NCBI GenBank assembly: GCA_051294375.1
Contig: CM119264.1
Coordinates: 30,529,047-30,593,046 of the forward strand
DNA from: Paraspadella gotoi
Lineage: Eukaryota; Animalia; Chaetognatha
Direction: 5' to 3'
Length of the DNA stretch: 64,000 bases
Positions 27,530 through 40,120 of the stretch are shown one piece after another; position 1 is the stretch's first letter; each line of letters opens with the position of its first letter. A model generated the notes under the pieces. It searched no databases. It saw nothing but the letters and a program-made list of their open reading frames with translations, and had not been told where the DNA came from. A program made the position numbers and the translations under genes.

Positions 27530-27659
27530 GCAGCAATCCGGCAATACAGCGGCTTTCCGTGATCCTTTGAACTCGGCCGGAATACGAGAGAATTCATGGT
27601 GTAGTTTCCGGCTTCGTAGCTTTGGCCCATACCTTCTTGAGTGTCAGATTTTATCCACT
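27530..27659 (-). CDS. Ig-superfamily gene exon 4 (C-terminal half of a C2-type Ig domain); 3' end lost in the N gap
   Basis: Acceptor ttttattctccccaccag in phase 1, reading (E)WIKSDTQEGMGQSYEAGNYTMNSLVFRPSSKDHGKPLYCRIA. The S-L-x-F-x-P-x3-DHG-x2-L-x-C pattern is typical of CD80-like C2-set domains. Confidence 0.85.
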
Positions 27660-28370
27660 CTGGTGGGGAGAATAAAATTGGGTGGAATTGGTAAGTTAAA
27701 TGTGAAAGATTGTGAGGGATTAGGAGTTTTACTTTTATGTAATTGAAACGGTTCATAAAGCTATTGTTCTACTTTATTTATAGGAAAGACAAACACCCTT
27801 CGAGCTAATATATTAAACTGCGAGAGAGTCTTGATTTAAAGTTTACAGGGTCTTGCGATGTTATTGTCTTTTTACTTTTTATGAACGAATTGAAAATGTG
27901 TATTTTTGAAAGAGGAATCCATTCGTGCAGGTTAAAGGAAAATCGGTACAATTGTTCAAGAGCACAAGAGGTAAAAATTGCGTCAATTTTCTATTGCTTT
28001 AACGCTAGTCATTGATTACAAATGGATTGTTAAATTTTATCCAATTTTGTTTCTTTTTCCATGACCAATAACTATTATAATAAAGGAATCTAACAAGATT
28101 TATTTTCGAAATGTTTCAGAGTGTCCTCTTTTATTTTCACAGGACTGTAGTAGTGGGTGAAAGAAATAAAAACTGAGAGAAATAGAAAATAAAAAGAAAG
28201 GAAAAANNNNNNNNNNNNNNNNNNNNNNNNNNNNNNNNNNNNNNNNNNNNNNNNNNNNNNNNNNNNNNNNNNNNNNNNNNNNNNNNNNNNNNNNNNNNNN
28301 NNNNNNNNNNNNNNNNNNNNNNNNNNNNNNNNNNNNNNNNNNNNNNNNNNNNNNNNNNNNNNNNNNNNNN

Positions 28371-28406
<36 letters not shown>

Positions 28407-28831
28407 GGCAGAAATAAAAACAAAGTGGCGAATAAGAAATCGGAAATATCCAAGGCAACAGAACAAAACTATAAAAGAAAGAAGTGAAAGAAAGAATTCA
28501 ATTATCGCTTTCGCTGCTTGTCTGATTTCTNNNNNNNNNNNNNNNNNNNNNNNNNNNNNNNNNNNNNNNNNNNNNNNNNNNNNNNNNNNNNNNNNNNNNN
28601 NNNNNNNNNNNNNNNNNNNNNNNNNNNNNNNNNNNNNNNNNNNNNNNNNNNNNNNNNNNNNNNNNNNNNNNNNNNNNNNNNNNNNNNNNNNNNNNNNNNN
28701 NNNNNNNNNNNNNNNNNNNNNNNNNNNNNNNNNNNNGAGAGAGAGAGAGAGAGAGAGAGAGGCTATCGGTTATAACGTTGCTTTATTTTTCTCCATGAGG
28801 CCATCAGACTATAGAGGGAGCGATTCTATAT

Positions 28832-29295
28832 TTTCATTTGCGCCGCGACTACTCGCTGAGCTACTCAATAGGTCACTTTTCGGTCGGTCGGTCGGTATGT
28901 CTGTCTATCGATCTGTCCCACTTACGCTAAAATGCTCACAACATGGTTAATACTTCATCAATTTAGTTTATATTTGATAAGAAGGGATGGTACTATATGA
29001 CCATTAACCCAGAAATACACGTGAAAAGAGAATCACTGCGGAGCAACACTCGTTGGAATTTCCGTTCTTGTTAATATTTTATTAATGTGATAACAAATTA
29101 AAATAAATATTTAATAAAGAGTAAAAAAAAAACTTGCTCAAATTTATTTTGTTAGAGATATTCCTATTATTTACAGGATTAAAACGAAATTCTTCTTAAA
29201 AAATATTTACAGTATATTAATGATTATAATAAAAATGACTAATTTTAATTTAAGTGGGACAGACCGACGGACAAACAGACCGACCGACCGACCGA
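28832..29295. mobile_element. HINE/Helentron-like short interspersed repeat pieces (two oppositely oriented parts)
   Basis: T-rich start, short hairpin, (GTCG)n microsatellite and CTGTCCCACTTAC at 28832-28940. The reverse-orientation TAAGTGGGACAGACCGAC.. lies at 29251-29295, and related sequence is at 30963 and 63810. Confidence 0.5.
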
Positions 29296-30962
29296 NNNNN
29301 NNNNNNNNNNNNNNNNNNNNNNNNNNNNNNNNNNNNNNNNNNNNNNNNNNNNNNNNNNNNNNNNNNNNNNNNNNNNNNNNNNNNNNNNNNNNNNNNNNNN
29401 NNNNNNNNNNNNNNNNNNNNNNNNNNNNNNNNNNNNNNNNNNNNNNNNNNNNNNNNNNNNNNNNNNNNNNNNNNNNNNNNNNNNNNNACCGTTGAGGTTT
29501 TATTAATGACTCATCGCATTTGGAAAGAATCACTCGCTCGAAATCAATTTTCTCTTCCCTACCCTGACGAGAACGGATGGTGTGAGAGAGTGATAGAGTG
29601 AGAGAGTGAGAGAGTGAGAGAGTGATAAAAAAGGCCGTGGATGTGATGATGATAGAATGATTATCTGGCTTTTCCCTCTTCAGACGATCGTTTGTCAAAA
29701 AGGAGAAGACAAGAGAGAGAGAGAGAGNNNNNNNNNNNNNNNNNNNNNNNNNNNNNNNNNNNNNNNNNNNNNNNNNNNNNNNNNNNNNNNNNNNNNNNNN
29801 NNNNNNNNNNNNNNNNNNNNNNNNNNNNNNNNNNNNNNNNNNNNNNNNNNNNNNNNNNNNNNNNNNNAGAGAGAGAGAGAGTCAGACAGATATATTGCCG
29901 ACCAGGCAGTCAGCCAGGCGGATGGAATCAGAGAGAGAAAATGGGGATTTACTCATCGATGAAGCGCCAGTGATATCGGCGAGTGATATCTGCGAGTGAT
30001 ATCTGCGAGTGATCAAATAAATTATTAAATCAACTATTCAATCAATCAATCAATCAGTCAATTAATCAATCAACAAATTCAATCAAATCAATTAAATCAT
30101 TCAAATCAATCAATTCAATTAATTTTACCAATCAAATCAATTAACCAATCAAATAAAATAGGGGGGGATTCGGGATAACCGCAAATTATCTGTCATTCAA
30201 GTAGTTCATGTCGTATGTTTTTGTTTTTGTTTTTTTGTGTTGTACACATGCTACCTGTATTTTCAGAAGACAACCCTCTCTCGTTAATAGTTTAATAGTT
30301 TAAGATATTATAAAAACAAAATTAACAAAAAACTTATAACGAAAAAATATATATAAAATTATAAAAAAATAAGATAATTTGTAATAAATATCCGTAATTT
30401 TGCGATTTTCATAAGAATCTTCTTTTTTCTTCTTTGTTTATTTTATCTTCGTTTTGTCTCTAATTTGTTTTCCCGTTTTTTTTCTATTTTGGGCATTTTC
30501 GACCTGTTGTTTATCGTTATATGTTTTTTCTACTTTGTTTTCGTTTTGTTTTTGTTTTGTTTTCGGTTTTTCGCGGTTTTTTTCTCGTCGTCATGGAGAT
30601 TTCCTTTTTTTTTTTTGGCTTCAGCGACGTGAATCGTAAAAAAGACGAGGAGGGCGACAAATTTTCCTCAACGAGCGTCGTAGGTTTTGTTGTTGTTGTT
30701 GTTATTGTTGTTGTTGTTGTTGTAGTAGTTGTTGTTGTTTTTGTTTTCGTTGTTAATGATGGAGTTGCTGTTATTGTGGTGATGTTGTTGTTGTTGGACG
30801 TGTAGTTGTTTTTGATATCTTTTTTACTATTCTTGAATATCTGATTAGGTTTACTATAATACTATTATAATAAGTTTAATAACTATTCTAACTATACTAA
30901 CTATATTACTAATTAAATTCATTGACAAAAGGCTGAATTTTATGCATCACTTTACCAAATGC

Positions 30963-31030
30963 TTTTTAGTTGCGCCGCGAGTATTCGCGAAGAAACTCTA
31001 TAAGACACTTGAGTGTTGGTCGGTCTTTTG
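30963..31030 (+). mobile_element. HINE/Helentron-like element 5' end
   Basis: TTTTTAGTTGCGCCGCGAGTATTCGCGAAGAAACTCTATAAG..GTTGGTCGGTC, sharing sequence with the 28832 and 63810 copies. Confidence 0.5.
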
Positions 31031-31309
31031 TTAATTGATTAATGATGGTCGAGAGAGAGAGNNNNNNNNNNNNNNNNNNNNNNNNNNNNNNNNNNNNNNN
31101 NNNNNNNNNNNNNNNNNNNNNNNNNNNNNNNNNNNNNNNNNNNNNNNNNNNNNNNNNNNNNNNNNNNNNNNNNNNNNNNNNNNNNNNNNNNNNNNNNNNN
31201 NNNNNNNNNNNNNNNNNNNNNNNNNNNNNNNNNNNNNNNNNNNNNNNNNNNNNNNNNNNAACTAAGAGAGGGAGAGAAAGAAACTTTAATATTGAAAAAG
31301 AATTTAAAT

Positions 31310-31521
31310 AAATGTGACGGACAGACAGACAGACAGACGGACGGACGGTCATCATTTTTTTGCATAATTTATCATAATTTGATGTTCTGACATGATATAA
31401 GTGAATGCCCGTCAAGATTGGAGGGTGGACCGACGGACCGACGGACCGACAAAGTGAATATATATACTATAGCGTATAGTATAGGGTCGGAATCTGCAGA
31501 TAAGCAGATCCGACTAAAAAA
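31310..31521 (-). mobile_element. DINE-1/HINE-like element
   Basis: (GACA/GACG)n microsatellite, GAATATATATACT..ATAGGGTCGGA (similar to the Drosophila DINE-1 core as I recall it), a terminal hairpin GTCGGAATCTGC..GCAGATCCGAC, and an adjacent A/T run. Confidence 0.55.
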
Positions 31522-32775
31522 TAAAATTAACACAATATTTTTTTAGCAGCTTAGAAAACCAACTCTTAATTTTTATTTTTTATCGATAACTCAATATATT
31601 CCAATTTTTATGGTTTGATTTATAACCACTTTCCTTTTTCAAAAATAAGATACATAATATTCACAAAACCAGTGAATATTAAATTTCACTCTTTTCTGTC
31701 GTTTCTTCCCGATATTTTGTTCTTCGTCTTTCCTCAGTTTGTCGTTGTTGTTATTAATGACGGCGTCTTGATTCCACTGGATTTGTAATTAGTGTTGTCA
31801 GCGTCATAAACGATGTCATTTATGATAAAATTGTCTTTGAAGATGTTAATGCCGTTTTTGTCACTGAGGGGATGTCAGATGTCAGATTCATTGTCACTAA
31901 AGATGTCATGACTGAGAATTAAATATTTTAATGATTAAAGACTATTTTNNNNNNNNNNNNNNNNNNNNNNNNNNNNNNNNNNNNNNNNNNNNNNNNNNNN
32001 NNNNNNNNNNNNNNNNNNNNNNNNNNNNNNNNNNNNNNNNNNNNNNNNNNNNNNNNNNNNNNNNNNNNNNNNNNNNNNNNNNNNNNNNNNNNNNNNNNNN
32101 NNNNNNNNNNNNNNNNNNNNNNNNNNNNNNNNNNNNNNNNNNNNNNNNNNNNNNNNNNNNNNNNNNNNNNNNNNNNNNNNNNNNNNNNNNNNNNNNNNNN
32201 NNNNNNNNNNNNNNNNNNNNNNNNNNNNNNNNNNNNNNNNNNNNNNNNNNNNNNNNNNNNNNNNNNNNNNNNNNNNNNNNNNNNNNNNNNNNNNNNNNNN
32301 NNNNNNNNNNNNNNNNNNNNNNNNNNNNNNNNNNNNNNNNNNNNNNNNNNNNNNNNNNNNNNNNNNNNNNNNNNNNNNNNNNNNNNNNNNNNNNNNNNNN
32401 NNNNNNNNNNNNNNNNNNNNNNNNNNNNNNNNNNNNNNNNNNNNNNNNNNNNNNNNNNNNNNNNNNNNNNNNNNNNNNNNNNNCTTCATCGTCGTCGTCT
32501 TCATCGTCGTCGTCGTCGTCTTCCTCTCCGCTGTCGTCTTTCCTCATCGATTTATGTTTGGATTCAAATTCCTTTTTTTTCTTCCAAATTCTTTTTATTT
32601 CCGTCATTTCCTCTTTTTTATTCTCCTTCAGCTTATTTACCCTCTTTCCTTTTTTTTCCTTCTCCTTTTTAATCCTTTTTTCTTTTCCTTTATTTACCCT
32701 CTTTACTTTTTTCCTTCTTCTTTTTATCCCTTTTTTCCCTTTATTTACCCTCTTTCCTTTTCGTGAATTTCATTT

Positions 32776-32806
<31 letters not shown>

Positions 32807-32957
32807 NNNNNNNNNNNNNNNNNNNNNNNNNNNNNNNNNNNNNNNNNNNNNNNNNNNNNNNNNNNNNNNNNNNNNNNNNNNNNNNNNNNNNNNNNNNNNN
32901 NNNNNNNNNNNNNNNNNNNNNNNNNNNNNNNNNNNNNNNNNNNNNNNNNNNNNNNNN

Positions 32958-32991
<34 letters not shown>

Positions 32992-35685
32992 CCCATTCTT
33001 TCTCTCTTTCTTTCTTTCTTTTTTCTTTATTTCATTCTCTTCTTTTCCTTTTTTTTCTTTTCTCTTTTACCTTTTCCTCTTCCTATTTTCCCCGATCCTC
33101 CCCTCCATTCATTCCCTAAAAATCTTTTTCTCTTTGTTTTCTCTTTGTTTTCCTCTTTTCCTCTTTTTCTTTTTCATTATCAGTGATTTTGTCTCGTCCT
33201 CCGAATTCACTCGTGAATCTTTTTCTCTCCTCAAATCAACTTCACTTACAAATTCAGACCCGAACTTTACTTTTTGTCTCCTTTTCTCCAGCCACATCTA
33301 AACTCCATCATTAAAAGCTCCTTTGCTCCATCGTTTAACGTTTCTTTGCATCATCAAACTTTTCATGGAACATAAATCCTTTTTGCATACTTTTCCTTTC
33401 TCATTCTCTCATTTAAGTAATCTGCGATGCTCTATCGATACTCGATAACTTTCTTTATTGATTTAAATGGTACTGAATATTCAAAATACGTTAATATTTA
33501 TAACTCTATAATATTTATGATGTACTATAAGATTAAATACAAGACAAAAGATGAATACCACCTTTGGTAAAGCTACAATATTATTATGAAATTGTTAAAT
33601 ATTATTTTAAAAACTAAATTATTATAAAACCTTATCAAAAGTATACTAAAAATAGTAAAATAGGATTTCAATGAAAACCGTATCAAAAGATATGAGAAAT
33701 AATATAAACTATTACAATATGTAAATGAGATTGAAGAAATCAATATGATTTGTAATGAACCACATGTTACTGTAAAACAATCCTTTCTCCTTCTTCCTCT
33801 CTTTTTTTCTTCTTCCTCCTTCCTCTCCTTCTTCTTCTTCCTTCTCCTCCTCCTACTACCTCCTTATTTCTCCTCTTCCTCCTCCTCCTCTTTCTCCTCC
33901 TCCTCGCCTCTCTTTCTGACTCATCTCGCCTGACTCATCTCGCCTGCAACCTCTAGCCCGCCTTCGATCCTATCCTTCTTTGCCAAGTCGCCGATATCGC
34001 TCTGTTGCCTCTTACGTCACTTCTCCTTGCCGCCTGGTCCCCCCGCCCTGTTCCCCGCTAAGCCTGTTCCCCCGCCTGTTCCCCCTGCCTCGTTCCCCCC
34101 CTGCCTGTCGTCCGCCTTCTCTATCTTTTGACTCAAATTTTTCATCGAAAAGAAACTCTTTGAACTTTAAGAGGTTTTTTTTAAATCCGCAAAAAATCTT
34201 CAAAATTTTCATTTCGTCGTCGGCATCGTTTGTCGTCATCCGTCCGTCAGTCGCTCGTCGTCGTCGTCGTTCGTCGTCGTCTCTGTCGTCGTCTTTCGGA
34301 ACAAATTTCTGTTCATATTTTCAATTAAAATACTTTTTCTGTTCTTTCTTCCTCAGTCTTCTTTCTCGTTAGCGTCGTGCATGTGTTGTCGTTTGTTCTG
34401 CTTCGCTCGCTATTTCAGTATATCGGTTTCACTTAGTCGAACCTATGGGTCTATCGTCGTTGTCTCATGGTCCTTCATTCGTCGTCTGTCGATCGTCGTT
34501 GTCCATCGTCATCATCGTTGCGCAACAAACAGGTAACACACAGTGCCGACGCGAGCTGAACCGAGAAAATATTCATAAAAGAACGGACGGAGAAGGGACA
34601 ATAACGAGCCGGACAGCACCATGGCATGACGATGACACCACGAAAAAACCACCAACAACTAATAACAACAACAACAAACAACAACCAATGAGATGCGATC
34701 CGTCGTCTAATGATCACTTCACAATCAAATTCTGTCGACCTTCATATTATGGACTTCATGATTATTCAGTATCCTTCATATTTCATTTCCCTAAATTGAA
34801 ATTTCGCTGATGAATTTAAAGAAAATTGAAAAATCGAAAATTTTGTATTTCTGTGACTCGACAAGAGTCGAAGAATGTAGCGTTAGAGTGAGGTTAATTC
34901 TCTCTCNNNNNNNNNNNNNNNNNNNNNNNNNNNNNNNNNNNNNNNNNNNNNNNNNNNNNNNNNNNNNNNNNNNNNNNNNNNNNNNNNNNNNNNNNNNNNN
35001 NNNNNNNNNNNNNNNNNNNNNNNNNNNNNNNNNNNNNNNNNNNNNNNNNNNNNNNNNNNNNNNNNNNNNNNNNNNNNNNNNNNNNNNNNNNNNNNNNNNN
35101 NNNNNNNNNNNNNNNNNNNNNNNNNNNNNNNNNNNNNNNNNNNNNNNNNNNNNNNNNNNNNNNNNNNNNNNNNNNNNNNNNNNNNNNNNNNNNNNNNNNN
35201 NNNNNNNNNNNNNNNNNNNNNNNNNNNNNNNNNNNNNNNNNNNNNNNNNNNNNNNNNNNNNNNNNNNNNNNNNNNNNNNNNNNNNNNNNNNNNNNNNNNN
35301 NNNNNNNNNNNNNNNNNNNNNNNNNNNNNNNNNNNNNNNNNNNNNNNNNNNNNNNNNNNNNNNNNNNNNNNNNNNNNNNNNNNNNNNNNNNNNNNNNNNN
35401 NNNNNNNNNNNNNNNNNNNNNNNNNNNNNNNNNNNNNNNNNNNNNNNNNNNNNNNNNNNNNNNNNNNNNNNNNNNNNNNNNNNNNNNNNNNNNNNNNNNN
35501 NNNNNNNNNNNNNNNNNNNNNGAGGCTTCAGATACCAGATGGTTACAAAATATTAGTCAAATATGAGAGGGGATCGGCGTCAGGTATCAGGCGACAGAAA
35601 TGACCAGTGGGGAGTGGAGAGAGAGAGAGAGAGAGTGTTGACTGGAGAATCAACGTTGATGCTATTATCACCCGGCGAAGCCAAC

Positions 35686-35805
35686 AGGGCAAGGCAAGGC
35701 AAGGCATGGCAAGGCATGGCAAGTCATGGCAGTTCATGTCAAGGCAAGTCAATTCAAGTCAAGTCAAGTCAGGGCAAATCAAGGCCAGTCAAGGCAAGGC
35801 AAGGC
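35686..35805. repeat. Degenerate pentamer repeat (CAAGG/CAAGT/CATGG)n
   Basis: Seen directly. Confidence 0.9.
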
Positions 35806-35911
35806 TCAGTGACTCACCATTGAGTCCCTAATAAACTCAATTCCAGCAGATCAATGTACCACTCTTCACTGCTTTCACAGCAGCAAACTTACCACAACTC
35901 GTCTAACTTAC

Positions 35912-36019
35912 CCAGAACTGGCTTGGTGTTTCCAAAGGCTTCGACTTTACACATGAAATGAGCTTCTTTGCCTTCGTCCAGGGATGGAGACGGCGGACTG
36001 CATTCTGGGCGACCAACCA
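35912..36019 (-). CDS. Ig-superfamily gene exon 3 (N-terminal half of the C2-type Ig domain), 108 bp, phase 1-1
   Basis: Acceptor cttttaatctccgcag and donor GTAAGT. Reads (V)VGRPECSPPSPSLDEGKEAHFMCKVEAFGNTKPVL(E) and joins in frame to both neighbouring exons. Not in the ORF track. Confidence 0.9.
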
Positions 36020-37262
36020 CTGCGGAGATTAAAAGAGTATTGTGTGAGAAATTACTTGTTTCACTATTTTTTATTTTTATATTTTATGAAGGATTTAGTA
36101 TTTTATCTATATTATTTAATCAAATATATATTGTTTTCTTTTTTAAAAATGTTTTATTTATTTTAAATGGTAGTTTTGTGTAGAAAGAAAGAATGAAAAA
36201 AAGAAAAAAAAATCATTGACGTCGTCGGACTGTAAAGAGAGAAAAAAATCTCTTGGTTGGCGAAGAGAATTTCGTTGGGAACTTTTCAGAATCTTAATCG
36301 TTTTAGTCTCCAGCCACGCCCACTTCGCCTGACCCCCCTTTTTCTCTACACCACTGCCCCTGCCACCCCTCTACCCAATCTTGCTTCTTTCTTTTCTGAC
36401 CCTTCTCTCTTCTCAAATCCATTTGACCTCTCTTCCTCTCTCTTCCTTTCTTTCCTTCTCTTATCTCAATGACCTCTCTCTCTCTGTCTCTCTCTAAGAG
36501 AGAGAGAGAGAAGAGAGAGGAGACGCGAGGAGAGCAGAGAGATGAAAGAGCACGACGTGAGAGATGCAGACGAGACGAGAAACGAGCAGAGACAGACGAC
36601 TGAGAGCAAAGCNNNNNNNNNNNNNNNNNNNNNNNNNNNNNNNNNNNNNNNNNNNNNNNNNNNNNNNNNNNNNNNNNNNNNNTTTTAATCTTCTTTTCTC
36701 TTTAATTATTTCTCGATATTTATATTTAAATATTTAAATTAATAAATATCTCTTTTTCAATCCATCATCTTTGTCAAACTTTTCAATCAAACTTTTTCTT
36801 TTTTTTCTCATATTTCTCCTTATTTCTTTACCTTTCTTCCTTTGTTCTCCACATTCTTTCTTTTTTTTTTCGTTTTTCCTTTTTTTCCCTTTTTTACCTT
36901 TTTCCCTTTTTTTCCTCCAACTTTTCCTGGATTCCAAAGATTCGCCTTTTGTCCCAAAAGAACCATAACCCTAACGCGCTTCAATTCAGCTTTCTCNNNN
37001 NNNNNNNNNNNNNNNNNNNNNNNNNNNNNNNNNNNNNNNNNNNNNNNNNNNNNNNNNNNNNNNNNNNNNNNNNNNNNNNNNNNNNNNNNNNNNNNNNNNN
37101 NNNNNNNNNNNNNNNNNNNNNNNNNNNNNNNNNNNNNNNNNNNNNNNNNNNNNNNNNNNNNNNNNNNNNNNNNNNNNNNNNNNNNNNNNNNNNNNNNNNN
37201 NNNNNNNNNNNNNNNNNNNNNNNNNNNNNNNNNNNNNNNNNNNNNNNNNNNNNNNNNNNNNN

Positions 37263-37298
<36 letters not shown>

Positions 37299-38454
37299 TT
37301 TACCTACTTATCTCTTTCTTTTTTAACTTACCAAACAACCAATTACATTTCAGCCTTCTTTTCCTTACCCTACATAAGTTTTAATCTTCCTTTATGAACC
37401 AAACTCTTCCATATAAAGGATTCATGTTTTTCTCATGTCTTCTTCTTTGATCTTTAGTTTCCTTTCTTTTTTCATTCTTTTCTTTTAGCCTTAATTTCTC
37501 TTCCTTACACTTTACTTTCCTTTTTACTCTCATATTTTTTTACTCTCCTCTTCCTCCTCNNNNNNNNNNNNNNNNNNNNNNNNNNNNNNNNNNNNNNNNN
37601 NNNNNNNNNNNNNNNNNNNNNNNNNNNNNNNNNNNNNNNNNNNNNNNNNNNNNNNNNNNNNNNNNNNNNNNNNNNNNNNNNNNNNNNNNNNNNNNNNNNN
37701 NNNNNNNNNNNNNNNNNNNNNNNNNNNNNNNNNNNNNNNNNNNNNNNNNNNNNNNNNNNNNNNNNNNNNNNNNNNNNNNNNNNNNNNNNNNNNNNNNNNN
37801 NNNNNNNNNNNNNNNNNNNNNNNNNNNNNNNNNNNNNNNNNNNNNNNNNNNNNNNNNNNNNNNNTTTCTCTTTCTCCTTTTCCTTTTCCTCTTCTTTTTC
37901 CTCCTCCTCTTCTTCCTGTTCCTCTTCCTCCTATTCCTTTTCCTCCACCACTTCCACCTTTTCTTCTTCCTGCTCTTCCTCCTCCTCTTCCTTTTCCTCC
38001 TCCACCTCCACCATTCTTTTCAATAATTTTACAAATTTTACATTTTTTTAATATTTATGATTTATCAAGTCGCAACACAAAGTACATACAGTACATACTT
38101 TTTCTCCCTACACCCGTCACAGTGCCTTTCCTACATTTTCACACTCTCCACAGTTTCATTCCCATTTCCACCTCCCCCCCTCTCCATTCCATTAACCTGT
38201 AGTCGGTCATTCCATAAGTTCACCCCGCCTATAAGCAAGACACCTTCAGTCGTGACCCGGTGACTCATTTGAGTAAAGCCATCAGCTCATTACCACTACG
38301 TACCAACCCGGTACCTACCCTGCGGGAAGCCTGAGAACGGCTTTAACCCTCAAGCCTGGTTCCAAGCCCAGGACCCGTTCCATGGCTGCTCGAGGGGGTT
38401 AAAGAAGTTGCGGAGAGCACTCTTCACTCTTCAGCCCCACTTAAATCCACAAAC

Positions 38455-38637
38455 CTGTTAATTCAATGTTGATGACATTTCCGCACTTGTATTCCCCCGC
38501 GTCTTCAAATTCCACGTTGAGAACTTCCAAGATATAATTGGCGTCGCCTTCTTTCCAGAAATTGTATTTGCGTCGATCGACGCTCCCGTCGATGGCGGAT
38601 TCTCCGACGGAGATGAACTTTTCGAAGAGGCCTTTCC
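38455..38637 (-). CDS. Ig-superfamily gene exon 2, 3' part (C-terminal part of the V-type Ig domain)
   Basis: KGLFEKFISVGESAIDGSVDRRKYNFWKEGDANYILEVLNVEFEDAGEYKCGNVINIELT, containing the canonical D-x-G-x-Y-x-C motif; phase-1 donor CAG|GTTTGT. Confidence 0.9.
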
Positions 38638-39461
38638 GTCCCTCTCCTTCCCGTCACCCCTCCGATCGATCCGCAGCTCCGCAAGCAGGAGGTCCCCGCA
38701 AGGTGATCAGATTCCCTGGTGCGTGCCGGTCGGGAGCGAAATTCGCGCTCAATCGTTCCCACATCTCTCGCAGGCACCCCCACAAACCGTTACGCCGTAC
38801 GATGGGATTAAATTGACGGCCGGTAGCATGAGGTGGGGGGAGGAGATGGGAGGAGCGGAGGGAGCAGAGGAGAAGGGAGGGCAGAGGAGAGGAGCGAGGT
38901 CGGGAGGGAAGGGAAGGGCGGAACGGTTGGGAAGGCAGAGATGAGGAAGGAAGAGAGGAGAGAGGAAGGAGGGAAAGCGGGAGGGAGGGAGGGAGGCAAG
39001 GGAGGGAGTGAAGGCGGAAAGGTGGAAGCGGAGAGAGCGAGAAGGAGTGAGAGTGAAGCGAAAAAGAAAGCGCGGCAAAGACAGAGAGAAGAGAGCAAGA
39101 CCGAGACAGGTGCCGGAAGGAGAGTGAGCAAGGAAAGAGGCGGAGGGAGGAGAAGGGGAGGGGAGCGGGGAGGGAGAGAGGGATGGAGGGAGAAGCGGAG
39201 TTCCAAGCAAGGAGGAGAGAAGAAAAAATGAAGAGGGCAGGAAAGAGGGAGTTGGGGGAGTGGATGGGAAAAAGTAGAAACGGGAAAAGAGTCGGGGAAG
39301 AAGAGAAGAATGACTGTAACTGATAAGGTCTGGAAATTTGATTAAAATCGTGGACACATACATATTCCAAATCTCCCTACCCCCCTCACTCGCGTCGCGC
39401 CCCCCGCCGCGGGCGGCGACCCCCCGGGCGCGGCGANNNNNNNNNNNNNNNNNNNNNNNNN
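38638..39461. other. Probable gap-fill artefact interrupting exon 2
   Basis: 38638-38760 is a noisy reverse complement of 39500-39597, followed by purine-rich low-complexity sequence and a 25-N gap (39437-39461). Confidence 0.7.
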
Positions 39462-39674
39462 TTAATCCACACGGACGTTTTGTCCGGAGAGAAACACTTG
39501 AAGGCGATTGTCGCTCCCAGCGGCACGACCGACTGCACCTGCGGGACCTCCTGCTGCGGCAGCTGCGGATCGATCGAGGGGTGACGGGAGAGAGGGACGC
39601 CGCCGATGGCGTCGAAGGCGGCGTCGTCGGCGTCGTCGGCGTCGAAACGCCGGAATGATTCGAGGACGTCGCCC
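39462..39674 (-). CDS. Ig-superfamily gene exon 2, 5' part (acidic linker and start of the V-type Ig domain)
   Basis: Acceptor ttcccctccgttccgccag in phase 2, reading GDVLESFRRFDADDADDAAFDAIGGVPLSRHPSIDPQLPQQEVPQVQSVVPLGATIAFKCFSPDKTSVWI (B-strand Cys, C-strand Trp). Confidence 0.85.
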   Translation of the reverse strand, partial: GRRPRIIPAFRRRRRRRRRLRRHRRRPSLPSPLDRSAAAAAGGPAGAVGRAAGSDNRLQVFLSGQNVRVD

Positions 39675-39751
39675 CTGGCGGAACGGAGGGGAAGTAGAAA
39701 ATGGGTGAGTGAAAAGGTGAGGAACGAGTGAAGATTATCAATATCATCATT

Positions 39752-40120
39752 CATCAATGGAATAGACCTATAGACGGACCTTGACGGCCTTGTGATGCGA
39801 TTGCTCGTCGTCTTCGCGAAACATCAGAAAGACGACCAATCACAAACCTTTTTTCAACCTTGGACCGACCAATGACCGACAGAGAGACTAAGGAGTCAAT
39901 TCAATAATTATTTGAATAAGAGTTGTTTCTTGAGATTGGATGTTGAGGAGAGTCCCTCGAGATCCCTCGGCAATCTCGACCATCGACTCCTTAGTCTCTC
40001 TATCGGTCATTGGTCGGTCTAAGGTTGAAGTAAAGTTTGTGATTGGTCGATTTTCTGATGATTCGCGAAGACGACATCACAAGGCCGACAAGGTCCGTCC
40101 ATAGGTCTATTCCGTTGATG
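39752..40120. mobile_element. MITE-like foldback element with about 140-bp imperfect terminal inverted repeats
   Basis: CATCAATGGAATAGACCTATAGACGGACCTTG...GACTAAGGAGTC (39752-39897) pairs with GACTCCTTAGTC...CAAGGTCCGTCCATAGGTCTATTCCGTTGATG (39985-40120). Non-coding; no clear TSD. Confidence 0.85.

Noticed and set aside
30620-30832. Thr-rich mucin-like minus-strand frame inside the Ig gene intron
   Set aside because: It is largely an (AAC)n repeat, and its phase does not fit the phase-1 donor at 35912.
38343-38402. Tiny TTAA-CCC...GGG-TTAA piggyBac-like element
   Set aside because: The inverted repeat is only about 10 bp and a single copy is present; this could be chance.
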